Below are positions 42,621 through 57,223 of a DNA stretch of 64,000 nt, piece by piece; position 1 is the stretch's first letter; each line of letters opens with the position of its first letter. The DNA is taken from assembly GCF_009914755.1 (NCBI RefSeq), contig NC_060932.1; one strand, written 5' to 3'. A program made the translations under genes and the position numbers. The notes under the pieces are model-generated. The model was not told where the DNA came from. It was given only the letters and a program-made list of their open reading frames with translations, and searched no databases. The DNA comes from the human T2T-CHM13v2.0 reference genome, Homo sapiens.

Positions 42621-44454
42621 TCAACAAATGATCATTTAAAAACTTCACATCGTTTGACAAATTCTAAAGAAGTGGTACAGGAGAATGAAGCCTAAAAACA
42701 CTGAGCAAATGGCCAGGGTGGTTTTGGCCTATAAGGAGTGTTCTATAGAAATGAGGCTTCTGCCTGTCCTGAAACACAGGCAGTTCTTGGCTGAAGACAG
42801 CAGTGCAGACTTGAGCTTGGAGTAGGTGGGAGGAGGTAAGGCTTCTAGAAAGTCGGTTCTCAAACACCAGTGAGCAATACAAGTAGCCCTGGGGCCTTGT
42901 ACACTTCCAGATTTGGATGAAAATTGTTTTTAAAGCTTCACAATACTCTTATTCCAATACATTCTAATATTTTCTGTTGTATTCTATTTCATTCGAATAA
43001 ATAAATAAGAGATCATTCCCCTCTAAACTGACTTAGTGATGCAGTAGTTGTTGGTGGCCTGCACTTTGAAAAATCCTGCTGTACAACAAGGGTTCTTAAC
43101 CTGGGGCCATGGATGGGCTTTGTGGGAGGGGATGTGGGTGGCCCTAAGTCCCTTGAATTTGGATGCATAGTTATGTGTGCATGTATTTTTCTAGAGAGAG
43201 GATCCCTAAATTTCGTTTGGACCTCAAAGCACCTGTGACTTCCTCTCTGAGAGGGTAATAAGAGAGCCAGAAAAGCAGCTTTGAGTGATTGGGGATTACT
43301 TTTAATGCCACTTCAGAAATGGAAAACTGATGAAAAACCAGTCCCTGAAGAGGAAAAATCACAGCAAGTGGAACATTCCCCCCAAAATGCCTCCTGCCCA
43401 GGGTACTCTCCTCCCGCTTGTGTGACAGCCAGCAGTTGACAGCCTCCTTTTTCTCCTGCACCAAGTGGGGACGGTAATACCACCTTCCATGCAGGCCAGT
43501 TTTGAAGACTGAATGAGATAATGCCTGTAGAACTACTTAGACTGGTACAAAATAAACACATTCACAATGTCAACTATTGTGCGTGCTGTCCCTGCGTGGT
43601 GACAGTACCACAGAGAGTGTTGTCCCCATTGTATCTGTCCAGTGCTTTGTGAGTGTGTGTTTGTTTTTAGTGGAATGAATTCTTTTCCTCATTCATGAGC
43701 ATAGAGGCTGATAGAAATTCCAGGCAATCTGATCTACCTCGAGGTCCCTCCCCTGGGCCCTCACACAAAGCCAGAAAACAGAAATGAGTCCTTTCTCCCT
43801 GTCTGGCTTCTGGAGGCTGGCCATAGGGCCTGAACGGCATCCCTGCCAAGCTAACACAGGTTCCTGGGTGCCCAAAGTGTGCCCGCCCCTGCCAGATGGC
43901 AGACAGTGCCCATAGCTGCCACACCCTCCACCCCAGCACACTCAGGACCATGCTCTTGTTGCTACTCACCCTTCAGTCAAAAAATCAAACAAAACACAAC
44001 GGGCCCTGGAGAGCTGTCCTCAGGTTTCCTCCTTCCCAGGAGGAAGCAAAGGTGAAAGGAAAAAGGGTTTCTGCATAAGGTGCCCACCTTTGGGGAGTCT
44101 GAATTTCTGCCCTCTTATTTTATTAATATTATTTGCTGCTATGCTGTTCAGTCGTGAAGCCCAGGGCCCCACACAGAGTGACGCCTCTGGGTCCCGCGGT
44201 GGATGGAAAGGGCGGACTGCGGCCGCGCTGGGCACAGGTGGGAGATGGATGGGGCTGCACGGTGGGCACGGAGCGCCTCTGCCGGAAACCGCCTCTTCCT
44301 TCCCAAACTCAGTTTTAAAGGGCACAGCAAGTAAGGTGCTGCTGGTTTTAACAGCTCCCATCAGTTAAAGAATGAACGTACACGTACAGCGACTGAGCCT
44401 GTTTGTTTCTAATTGGTGTTTTTATAAGTAGGGTTCCCAACAGAAGAAGGCACA

Positions 44455-44845
44455 TGTGTGACCAGCAGGACTGTGTCCTCCCCAGATGAACGTGCTAGAA
44501 CCAGAGCCCCCAGCGCCTCAGGATGGGACTGCATTTAGAGACAGAGCCTTTAAGAGGGGATTAAGGGAAAATGAGTTCGTACGGGTGGGTCCTGCTCCAA
44601 CCTGACTGGTGTCTATAGGAAGAGAAGATAAGGACACAGGCAGAGACGGAGGGAAGACTTCCTGAGGGCAGGGGAAGAAGGCAACCATCTACAAGCCCAG
44701 GAGAGAGGCCCCCAAGAAGCCAACCCTGCTGACCCCTTGATCTTGGATTTCCAGCCTCCAGAACGGTGAGAAAAGAGATGTCCGTTGTTTCAGCCACGCA
44801 GTCTGTGGTACCTGGTTATGGCAGCCCCAGCAAACTAATAAACTG
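44455..44845 (+). mobile_element. MaLR LTR (MLT1-like)
   Basis: ccctgctgaccccttgatcttggatttccagcctccagaacggtgag...gttatggcagccccagcaaactaata. Confidence 0.85.
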
Positions 44846-47372
44846 TGTCTTTCATGAATTCATACAGCAACAGTTTACAAGCCTGGCCAACCCCATCAGA
44901 AAATGAAAAAGAAACCACCAGGCGAAGTGAAAGCAGTTCCGTGTGATGCGGCCGCTCACTCAGAGCTATGCTGTGATCCACCAGATGGGCTCGCGCTGAT
45001 GGGAGTCCGGTTGAGTCCTGCTCAGCCAATGGCAGGTTGTGTGCCACGGGCGAGCTACTTCATTTCTCTGGACCTGTTTCCCCAGATGGCTGGTCGCAAT
45101 AATGACGACGAGGCGGATGGCGGCGGGGAGGCTAGAGCCCATTTCAGAAGCCTGCAGTGAGGATTCCACCAGTTCACATGCATCGGGCACTGAGCCCTGA
45201 ACCGCACCTAATAAACACTCTCCCAGCTATTAGTATTACAAACCTGAGAACGGGGGCCATATCTGGGTCCTCCTCCTTTCCAGATGTGCGACCTTGATTG
45301 AAAGTCACCAGTTCCCTGGGGTTGCTCCATTTGCATAGTGAGGGTCTCAGTGACACTTGGGGGCCCTTTTGGCTCTAACATTTTATCATTCTAATAAGTG
45401 TTGATATGAAGAGCCATTCTTTGCAAGGAGTAGGGCCACATTTCGGTGAGTTGTGAGAAGCATAACATTTTGGGTTTTTTTTCTACCCTATGTGTTCATG
45501 GTTGACAAACCCAGTAAATAGGGATGACTTTAGGGAATGTCTTTCCAGATAATTCCCCCTTAAAAAAAAATCTGTACCCTTGGATTCTGTAAGTATTAAC
45601 AAAAAAGGGAAAAAAAGGCAAACTTCTACTTTTAAGCAGTGCAAAGTGACTGCAGTAAATCTATTTAGGTATCATCATGTTTGACTTTAAGAAAATGGCT
45701 GAGCTATGGGCAAGGTAATTCAAGAAGATATAAATGGCTGCATTATAATAAGCAGACACCTATTTTAAGCATGATCTATGTTTTTGAGAAAATTCATTAC
45801 AATAAGTCTTACAATACCAACCTCTTCAATGAATTTTTCATGTCTGCATACCAAGATATATATAAAACGATCGTAATCATGTACCTTTGGGGCAATGCTG
45901 AGCGCCAGCTGTTTCAGGCATGATTTATAGGTTGCCATGCTCAAGGTTAATGATCAGGAGAAACAGGTTACAGTATGCAATGTATTTATGTCAGGTTAGA
46001 AGTTCAGTTAGTAGAGATAGCATGTTATAAGGAAGCACACACTTTTAATTATTTTCTAACTGCCCCCACCTACATTTTCCTGCAATAAACTAAAAGTAAA
46101 TTATGTTTTGCATAGGGAAACCTCTGGTAAGCGCATCTTCTGGTTACTGTTGGCTTTATTTAAAGGGAAACCACAGCTAGGAATTATTAGCTGTACATAT
46201 GAAAACACAGCTTGACAGTACTTAAACATCTGTGCAATGGGCCTACGTAGAAGGTATGATGGAGCTTTATAAACATCGAGCTAATTATGCCCTTACTGAA
46301 TTGCAGCATTTTGCCACTAGCAGAATTTCTAACAGGATTTTCAGAGATGTGGTACATACAAGCCACAAGCTTATCTCCAAAAGCACTAAAATGGAAGCTG
46401 CCTTTCTTTGGAGACAAAATTATTGCATCAGTTTCATTAAAATCTCAGAAATGTTCCCTTTTAAAGTTGAGACAAAAATGCGTCTCTGTTGACCTAGGAA
46501 ACTTTTTTTTGTAATAAAGAGAAAACTTTTTTTTTCATACAGAGTTAGTTCATTGTGCTCCTCACTCATCATTGGTCTACATGCATGACATCTCTCTCCT
46601 GTTTCCTTTCTTTCTTCTTTTTTACCCCAGATGTAGTTCCTCAGCACCCACCCACCCAGCCACCCAGAAGCCAGATTTCTAGTGTGTTTATTACGTATGT
46701 ATGCATGTATTTTTCCTAGTACTTTTTCAAATGTGTAGTGTTTGTATGTATACATATATTTAATTATGTAAATGGTATCTTGTTACGTATCTTGTTCTAT
46801 TTTTTAAACTTGTACAAGTTCATCTTAACACTCTATTGAAGTCTAATTGGCATACATTATACTGACCAGTTTAGATAACTTTTGACACCTGTGAAGCATC
46901 ACAACAATCAAGATAACGAACATACCTGTCTCCCACTAAGGTTTCCTCATGTTTCTCTGTTACTGTTACCCTCTACCCTCCCCAACCTCTTATACCCAGG
47001 CAACCACTAATCTGCTTTCAGTGGGTTAGTTTGTATTTTCAAGAATTTTACATAAATGGAATTATATGGTATATACTTTTTATCTGACTTCTTTCACAAA
47101 GCATAATTGTTCTTCAGATTCATTCATGTTATATGCATCAATAGTTCACTTCTTTTTGTGACTGAGGAGTATTCCATTGTACGAATATACCCGTTTATTT
47201 ATCTAGTCGCCTGTGGATGGACATTTGGGTTATGTCTGGTTTCTGGCTATTATAAATAAGGCCACCATGAATGGCCATGTACAAGTATTTTAATAGACAT
47301 ATACTTTTGTTTCTTTTAGATAAATATATGACAGTGGAATGTCTGGATTACATGGTAGGTTTATGTTTAACG

Positions 47373-47670
47373 TTTTTTTTTTTTTTTTTTGAGATGGAGT
47401 CTCACTCTGTCACCCAGGCTGGAGTGCAATGGCACAATCTTGGCTCACTGCAACGTCTGCCTCCCAGGCTCAAGAGATTCTCCTGCTCAGCCTCCCAAGC
47501 AGCTGGGATTACAGGCACCTGCCATCATGTCCAGCTAATTTTTGTATTTTTGTAGAGGTGGGGTTTCACCACACTGGCCAGGCTGGTCTTGAACTCCTGA
47601 CCTCAGGTGATCTGCCCATTTTGGCCTCTCAAAGTGCTGGGATTACAGGCGTAAGCCACTGTGCCCGGCC
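47373..47670 (-). mobile_element. AluS, antisense, with TSD tatgtttaac
   Basis: Alu body with duplicated flank. Confidence 0.93.
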
Positions 47671-47818
47671 TATGTTTAACTTTTTAAGAAATTGTCAAAC
47701 TTTTCTGCCAAAGTGGTTGTTGCCTTATACTTTCCTATCAGAAGTGTTTGTGTTTTAGTTTCTCCACATACTTGTCAGCACTTGGTATAGGCAGTTCTTT
47801 TAATTTTAGACATTCTAA

Positions 47819-48222
<404 letters not shown>

Positions 48223-48989
48223 CATGGCATCTTATAATGGTTCTAATTTCTATTTCTCTAATGATTAATGAAGTTGAGTATCTTTTCATGTGTTTATTTG
48301 CCATTCATCTGTCTTCTTGGTGACGTGTCTATTCAAAACCTTTTGCCAATTTGTAGGGCAGAGTGCTTGTTTTCTTATTATCAAATTTTGGGAGTTATTT
48401 TTATAATCTGGATACAAGTGCTTTACCATATATACACTTTAATATGCAGGTATTTTCTCCAACTATGTGACTTATTTTCACTTCCTTTAAAGTCTTTTGA
48501 AAAGCAGAAGTTTTGAGTTTTGATAAAGCACATTTTATCAATTTGTTCTTCTATGAATCATATTTTTGGTGTTGCATCTGGACTTTAGAGTCCATTCCCT
48601 TGATCTATTAATCTATGTTGATGCCAAATACCACACTATCTTGATTACTGTAGCTTTAGAACAAGTCTTGAAGTCAAGTTATATAAGTCCTCCAACTTTA
48701 TTCTTCTTTTTCAAAGTTATTTTAGCTATTCCAATTCCTCTGTATTTCCATATAAATGTTAAAATCAACTTGTCAATTTCTGCAAAAAAGCTTCCTGAGA
48801 ATTTGCTTGAGATTATGTTGAATCTATGTATGAATTTGGGCAGAATGACATCTTAAAAATACTGAGTTTTCCAACTCACACATCTGATTTTTAAAAAACT
48901 TTTTTCTTGTAACATTGACATTTTTAAGATTAATTTGTGTTTCTATGTGTATATACTACATTTCTTCTAACTCTTGCATGAACTCAGCA

Positions 48990-49472
48990 TGTCTTAGTTT
49001 ACTATTGCTACTATGACAAATTATCACAAACTTAATGGCTAAAAACAACGCAAATGTGTTATCCTACAGTTCTGGAGGTTAGAAGTCTGAAATTTATTTT
49101 ACTAGGCTATAGTCAAGGTATCGTCAAGACTGGTTCCTTCTGAAAGTGCTAAGAGGAGAATCTTCTTCCTTGCCTTTTTCCATTTCTAGTGGCCCCTTGT
49201 ATTCTTTGGCTGTCACCCCTTCCTCCATCTGCAAAGCCTGTTGCTCCAATCTCTGCTTCCATCATCACCCTGCCTTCTCCTCCGACTTCTGAGAACTTCT
49301 TGTAGACTGGCGTCATTACATCAGGCCACCTGGGTGACCCAGGATAATCTCCCCATCTCAAGATTCTTAATTTTATCACATCTGCAAAGTAGCTTTTGCC
49401 ATATAAAGTAACATTCACAGGTTCTAGGGGTTAGGGAAGGGCATCTCTGGGGACCCTTGTTTAGCCTACTGC
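48990..49472 (-). mobile_element. MaLR LTR (MLT1C/D-like)
   Basis: gggtgacccaggataatctccccatctcaagattcttaattttatcacatctgcaaag. Confidence 0.85.
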
Positions 49473-49614
49473 ACAGTGCCTGTGTCCACATTTTAGGGCC
49501 ACTTTCCCTGTGGCAGGCATCATAAAGTGTTGTCCCCAACTCCTTACCACTACAAAGAATGTTGCAAAGAGCATTTGCATTTCATATCTTTTTATGAACT
49601 TGTGTGCAAACTTT

Positions 49615-49974
<360 letters not shown>

Positions 49975-51639
49975 TCACTGATGCGCTCCTGTGGTGATTA
50001 CAGCTGGGAAATGGCTGGTTGCTCTCCAGAAAGGCTGTGCTGGTCAATCTACCTCACCAACCGCATATGAACTTTTCTGTCTCCGCTTTCTCACCAACAT
50101 TTCCTATCACTTATCTTCTTAATTGTTGCCTATGGTTGTGTTTTGCATTTCTCTAATTACCAGTGAGTTTTGTATATCTCTTCATGTTTGTTAACCTTTT
50201 GATTTCATCTTTATAAACTGCCTGTTCAGCCCTTTTGCCCATTTTTCTACTGGTGTTACTGTTTTCCAAGTTGGTTTTATTTAGAAAGTCAGTCTCTGGC
50301 CCTCTATCAGAAAAGTGTTATCCTAGGTTTTCTTGACTTTATAGTTTTACCTTTCACGTTTAGGTTTTCATCTATCTGGTGTCACCTTCATCTGTGTTAT
50401 GTCAACATGCGATCTTACTTTTCTCCATAGTGAGACAATTTTCCCATTATCAGCTACTAAAAATTCTGTCCCTTATTGGTTTGTAGTGCTACTATTATTA
50501 CATATTAAGTTCGTGTGTGTGTGTGTGTGTGTAATATTCTATTAGCTTCTTTGTTCTTGCATCAATATCACACCTTTTTTATTACTATGGCTTTATGCTA
50601 TGCTTTTTTTTATAGTGTGAAAGATCCACTCTACTATTTTCAAGATGGATTTAGGTGTTTTATTCTTCCCTATACATGGTAATAAAATTTGAGTTCCTCA
50701 AAAATTTACTTCATAGTCATGATTATGATGGCATTGAAATCATGGATTAATTTAAAAACATTTACATCCTTACAGTAACAAGTTAGCCATCTAAGGGCAT
50801 GGAATAGCTCCCCATTTTTTTTCAGATCATCTTTTATGTTTTTAATCAAATTTAGTTTTCTCCACAGATGAATTCAGGATTCCTGACCAGTTCGTAGATT
50901 TTGGTACCATTATGAATGAAGGATCTTATTTTAAAATTTCTTGTTGGGTATTTTCTGGCATAAAAACTGTTATTCATTTTAGTAGGTTGATCACACTGAC
51001 AAACTTTCTAAACTCTTGATTAGTTCTAATGGTGTGTTGTTGATCCTTCTTTTCTCTAAGTAGATGATCATATTTTCTGAAACCATGCCAGTTATATTGC
51101 TTTAGAAAATATTTTTCCCATAATCCTGTGAAAGCTTCATTACCTAAATTAAGAGCCTCTCATTCAAGACATCGCTACTTTTCTTGTTAAGTATAATAAC
51201 ATTTGAAAGGTACTTAATGATCACTCTCTTTTTGTCATTTCAGCATACCTGTGAGAAAGACAAGAACAGGAGAGTTGTAATTTACAAGGATATAGTCACT
51301 GTGAATTATTAAATATATATACTCCCTGCTGGGCCTTTCTCTTTAGAATGCTTTGTTTAGTCAACACTTTAAAATATACTTAGTTAGAAGAATAAATTTA
51401 GTTAGGGGAATAAAATTCAGAAAACCTTAATCAGAATTAAAGATAAAATGTGTAAAGTAATGACATCATATCCCAAGTAATTATCCCTCATTCAACATTC
51501 TGAGGATTACTAGATCTTTTCCTTTCTCAAGTTATTTGTTTACTCAGTAAATTACTCAGATCTAGCCTATTCTATAAAGGTTGGGTCATTTTTTCCAAGT
51601 CAGTTACACATCCTGTTTTTTAAAGGAAGCAAATAATAA

Positions 51640-51954
<315 letters not shown>

Positions 51955-52133
51955 GGGAACATTTTTTTAAGCTTTACCCATCTAGGAAGTGTGTAGTATC
52001 ATGGTTTATACTTATATAGTTACCCTAAAGTTGTTCTAAGTATTTGTTATGTCTTAACTCATTAAGGTCTTAACTCAGAAAGGTCTGATCCTTTTGACTG
52101 AAATATCTGGGGGAAAATGTCATTGGGTCTGGT

Positions 52134-52686
52134 CAGCCATCCCATTACTGGGTATATACCCAAAGGACTATAAGTCATGCTGCTATAAAGACACATGCAC
52201 ACGTATGTTTATTGCAGCACTATTCACAATAGCAAAGACTTGGAACCAACCCAAATGTCCAACAATGATAGACTGGATTAAGAAAATGTGGCACATATAC
52301 ACCATGGAATACTATGCAGCCATAAAAAATGATGAGTTCATGTCCTTTGTAGGGACATGGATGAAATTGGAAATCATCATTCTCAGTAAACTATCGCAAG
52401 GACAAAAAACCAAACACCGCATGTTCTCACTCATAGGTGGGAATTGAACAATGAGATCACATGGACACAGGAAGGGGAACCTCACACTCTGGGGACTGAT
52501 GTGGGGTGGGGGGAGGGGGGAGGGATAGCATTAGGAGATATACCTAATGCTAAATGACGAGTTAATGGGTGCAGCACACCAACATGGCACATGTATACAT
52601 ATGTAACTAACCTGCACATTGTGCACATGTACCCTAAAACTTAAAGTATAAGAAAAAAAAAATACATGATCTATTAAAAAAAAAAA
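52134..52686 (+). mobile_element. 5'-truncated young L1PA (L1PA3-like): ORF2 C-terminus, 3'UTR, poly(A), 21-bp TSD
   Basis: ORF 52094-52447 carries the L1 ORF2 end (AIPLLGIYPKDYKSCCYKDTCTRMFIAALFTIAKTWNQPKCP...MFSLIGGN); TSD gaaaa(t/c)gtcattgggtctggt at 52113-52133 and 52687-52707. Confidence 0.96.
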
Positions 52687-53149
52687 GAAAACGTCATTGG
52701 GTCTGGTGCTTCGGAAAATTGGGATCTGAATAATTTTTTATTTTATCTGTCACCTATCAACTTCCCCATCACAGGACATACTGCAGAGATGTGATGGTCC
52801 AGCAGAAGCGCAGCCTTCCCCTTATGCATTCACATGCTGGAGCTGGAAAAAAGCTGGAGGAATCCAACCCATTCAAGTTATGAGGAAGAACCAACTCTTT
52901 TCAGTCCACCCAGCTGGTGAGAAGCAGGTACTAACACTTGGGTATGCTTTCTCTCACCCCAGTTCTTCCACCAGCACACAAAATGCCCTTCCCCCCACTG
53001 TCACAAGGGTGAAATGTAGTTAATCATCAAGAACAAGGATGGTGTGGAAGGAAATGAAAGGGGCAGATACAGCCTAGATAATAAGTAACACTATATTGGG
53101 TACTTTTTTCTTAAGACTCATATCAATTCAAAAAAAACATAGATTATAA

Positions 53150-53380
53150 TAGCTAACACTATTAATCCTTGCTATATGCATTTTACATGGATTATCTCAT
53201 TTAATCCCTGCAAAAGCCTATGATATGGATGTTATTGTCATTCCTATTTTATAGATGAGAAAACGGGCTTCAAAATGTCAAATAACTTCCCTATGATGCC
53301 ACTAGCCAGTGGCAGAGAAAGGATTCAAATCAAGAACTCTCTGATACATAAATCCATGTCCTTAACCATTAGCCTATCCA
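53150..53380 (-). mobile_element. MIR
   Basis: attatctcatttaatcc...cctattttatagatgagaaaac. Confidence 0.65.
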
Positions 53381-53684
53381 TGGGCAATTTTCTTACCTCC
53401 ATTTTACAGCTATGGACTCGGCATAGCCCAGTGTGGCAGAGTTCTTAGATACAAGTTATGGCAACCAACTCTGGTTCACTTACACAGAAAGAGAGTTGGT
53501 TCATTTATGCAGGAAGAGGAAACCTAGCAAGCTCACCAACTCCAGGTTGCAAGAACCTTGCGGTTCTCTGAGGCACCCCATCTATGCTCCTATTGTCCAC
53601 TGCAGAGCAGAACTCCATTTCCTCTTTCTTAGCAGACGGATTACTTCAGTCAAAACCCATACCATCCCCCACACACCACACACT

Positions 53685-53968
53685 TTCTTTTTTCTTTTTC
53701 TTTCTTTCTTCCCTTTTTTTTTTTTTTTGAGACAGAGTCTCACTCTGTCACCCAGCCTGGAGGGCAGCGGCGTTATCTCGGCTCACTGCAGCATCTGCCT
53801 CCTGGGATCAAGCTATTCTCCTGCTTCAGCCTCCCGAGTACCTGGGTCTACAGGTACACACCACCATGCCTGTCTAATTTTTGTATTTTTAGTAGAGATG
53901 AGTTTTCACCATGTTGGCTAGGCTGGTCTCCAACTCCTGGCCTCAGGTGATCCACCTGCCTCGGCCTA
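53685..53968 (-). mobile_element. Alu, antisense, truncated at its 5' end
   Basis: T-rich tail plus Alu body ending at gcctcggcct. Confidence 0.9.
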
Positions 53969-54491
53969 CACTTCCTTTTTTCAATCCAGTGGCAAGAGGA
54001 CTTTGAAATGCCCAGGTGTGAGTCTCAGCTTCAAATTTACAATGGAACCATTGCTGCCTCGCCTGCTGGAAGCATTCTTCCCTTATTTATTAAGACCTCT
54101 AACAAAGCCCAGAGCTCTGGGGTCAGAAAACAAAATAGCTGCAAGTGGTTGTGAGGCTTTACTATTCCTCCAACCATCCCTATTCACAGGAAGGATCCAC
54201 TGCATGTGGATCGCTGATTCCCACTCTCTGTATGTCCCAAACCATTACATCGAGTGGCGTGAACTCACCATTTTTTCAGGTCAAAAATGATGATTCACTG
54301 GCAATATCATTTAGTTTAAGAGCAAGGATTTCCCCCTACATTTGCTGTTTCTAGAACTGAGTCTTCATTTGGTTATGCTGCTGTTCTACAAGGGCAGCTG
54401 CTTCTGAGATGTGGGCTACAAGGCAAGCTTGGAGACTCCCATAGACTTCAGCCCATTGCCTGTCTTCCTTCACTCAAAAATAAATACTTTA

Positions 54492-54842
<351 letters not shown>

Positions 54843-56864
54843 TCATGATTGATAAGGCATTCATGAAGGCCATGTGTGTCATGAAGGAAGAAGCTTGTTA
54901 GGAAGGAATGCCAATGCAATCCAGGTTCATAATAAGTGTTCATTCCAGTGAAAACAAATTGCTACCTCTACAGTTATGGAAAAGATTCAGTGTAATCAAC
55001 AGGCTACCAGAAGGCAAGCTGCTGCTCCTGAATATGGTGCCACATTGACACTCAGGGTTCATCACTGAAGTAGGCAAGTGGGATACGCAGCCAGGTGAGG
55101 AGGATATGCAGCCAGGTGAGGGCCCGTGCTTGTCTCTGAGCCCATGCATAGCTTCCTCCCTCCACGGCCTCTCACTTCATGTACCTATTCGGTGGCACTG
55201 GGTTTCTGAGGATAGTGGCTGACTGATATCCCGAGAGGACGGTCATGTCCACCTTATTAAAGAGCGCCTCCTTCACTGGGAAGAATTTTGGTGAGCGTTA
55301 TCATGGCATTCTTGGTGCCTGTTCTCAGAGGTCAGTCTATATTCTTTCCCTGATCTGGTCACCAACTCTTAATCTTGCTCTTTACTAATTTTTTACTAGG
55401 TGGCCAAACAATTAATCACTGTCCACACAGCCTGACTTAAGCTCCTATCTCCTTCTTGGTAAAATAAAGAATGAGAAGAACCAATTATTTATGCTGGGAT
55501 GATTGCCTTTCTTTACTATTTTTCAAGAGTCAGTGTCACTCTTCAGCAGTCTCTCCCAGCAAACACCTACACATTGTGCAAAGTCATATACACACAGATT
55601 TTTTTTTTTCCATTTTCAGTCATCTGATCAGGAGGATTCCCCACGAGGCTCAGGTGTAGGTTGAGGGAAGGGTCATAACATAGAAGGCAATGTACCTGGG
55701 TGTGCGAGCCATCTGCCCATACAATTTTCTTATGCCTTCAGGATCTGCACAGCCTGAGTGATGGTGCTTTGGGGAATGCCTGAATTTCTGGCTGGGAGGA
55801 TGAGATAAAACCTACTTCATAAGGCAGAGCTCAGGTTCACCTGGTATTCTATGATTAAATATGCAACATCCATCAGGGTCCAGTAGCAATCTTTTCTCAA
55901 TAGAAAAATAATTCTTGCCAAGAGGTTGGGGCTTTACTTCTGAAACCCTGGCAGAGGCTTCATATAGTTGCCTCACTTGCTACTTGCACTTTGAACACCC
56001 TTGGATCCAATCTTAAGGCTCAAATGGAAGAGCTCTTTCTGCCACAGACTTGTCCAGTTGGAGACTGGTGGGGCCCTTCTTAAAGCTAGTAACCTTTCAA
56101 TTACCTGGTACTTGGGGGAGAAAGCACAGCGAAATGTGGCATATGTTGCCTCCAAACTCCAAAGAGGTTCACAAAGTGTCGTACTTCTTTCTTAGGGGCT
56201 GCAAGATGAAACAATTAGTTCTTTACTTTTGAGAAGATATGCCTTCAGTACCCCCATGGATCTCCCAGAAAGTTTACTGATGTGTCCTTCATTTTATTTT
56301 CATGGGATACCTCTGGCTTATGCTATCTTACCAAGAAATCCATGGCACCTGCTATTTTCTGCTCTCTGAGTCCTATCATACTGATGTTATCAATGTGGTA
56401 GACCAATGTGATGTCTTTTGGGAAAGCAAAATGATCAATTTTCCTTTAGCACAGAGCCCTAAAGCAAGAGGATGAAAAGGTTCTGGTGCCCAGCCTGCCA
56501 GAAACAATCTTCTGATGTTTTGTATTTATTAGGATGGGAAAAAAGCATTTTTGAGATCAGTACTTGCATGGAAAATACCAGGGGCTGAGTTGGTTTATTT
56601 CAGTAGAGAGAGACCACATCTGGAACAGTGGTGGCAATTAGAACAACCATTTTATTAGCCTTATGATAATCCACTGCCATTCCTTCTCCAGAGTGCTTTT
56701 ATCCTCTGCATCACCCTGAGCTCTGTTGCTTATAACTACTTCTGTTTCCAGTTCCTTTATCAATGAACATCCTTAGTCAGAAGCAACAGAAACTGGCTCT
56801 GGCTGATTTATGTATGGTATAGCCCCTCTGTCTTTCAAGTCTTTGGCAAAAGAATTTATCTCTG

Positions 56865-57223
<359 letters not shown>

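Noticed and set aside
44256-44271. tgcacggtgggcacgg nearly matches the intron 25 acceptor segment tgcacggatgggcacgg (18239-18255)
   Set aside because: Only 16 nt with a gap and no flanking homology; compatible with chance among all pairwise comparisons in 64 kb
52094-52447. 117-aa ORF as a novel gene
   Set aside because: It is the ORF2 tail of a 5'-truncated L1, opened by a flanking TTG, with no promoter
52501-52524. G-quadruplex-like G-tract
   Set aside because: Standard L1 3'UTR poly-G feature, not specific to this locus
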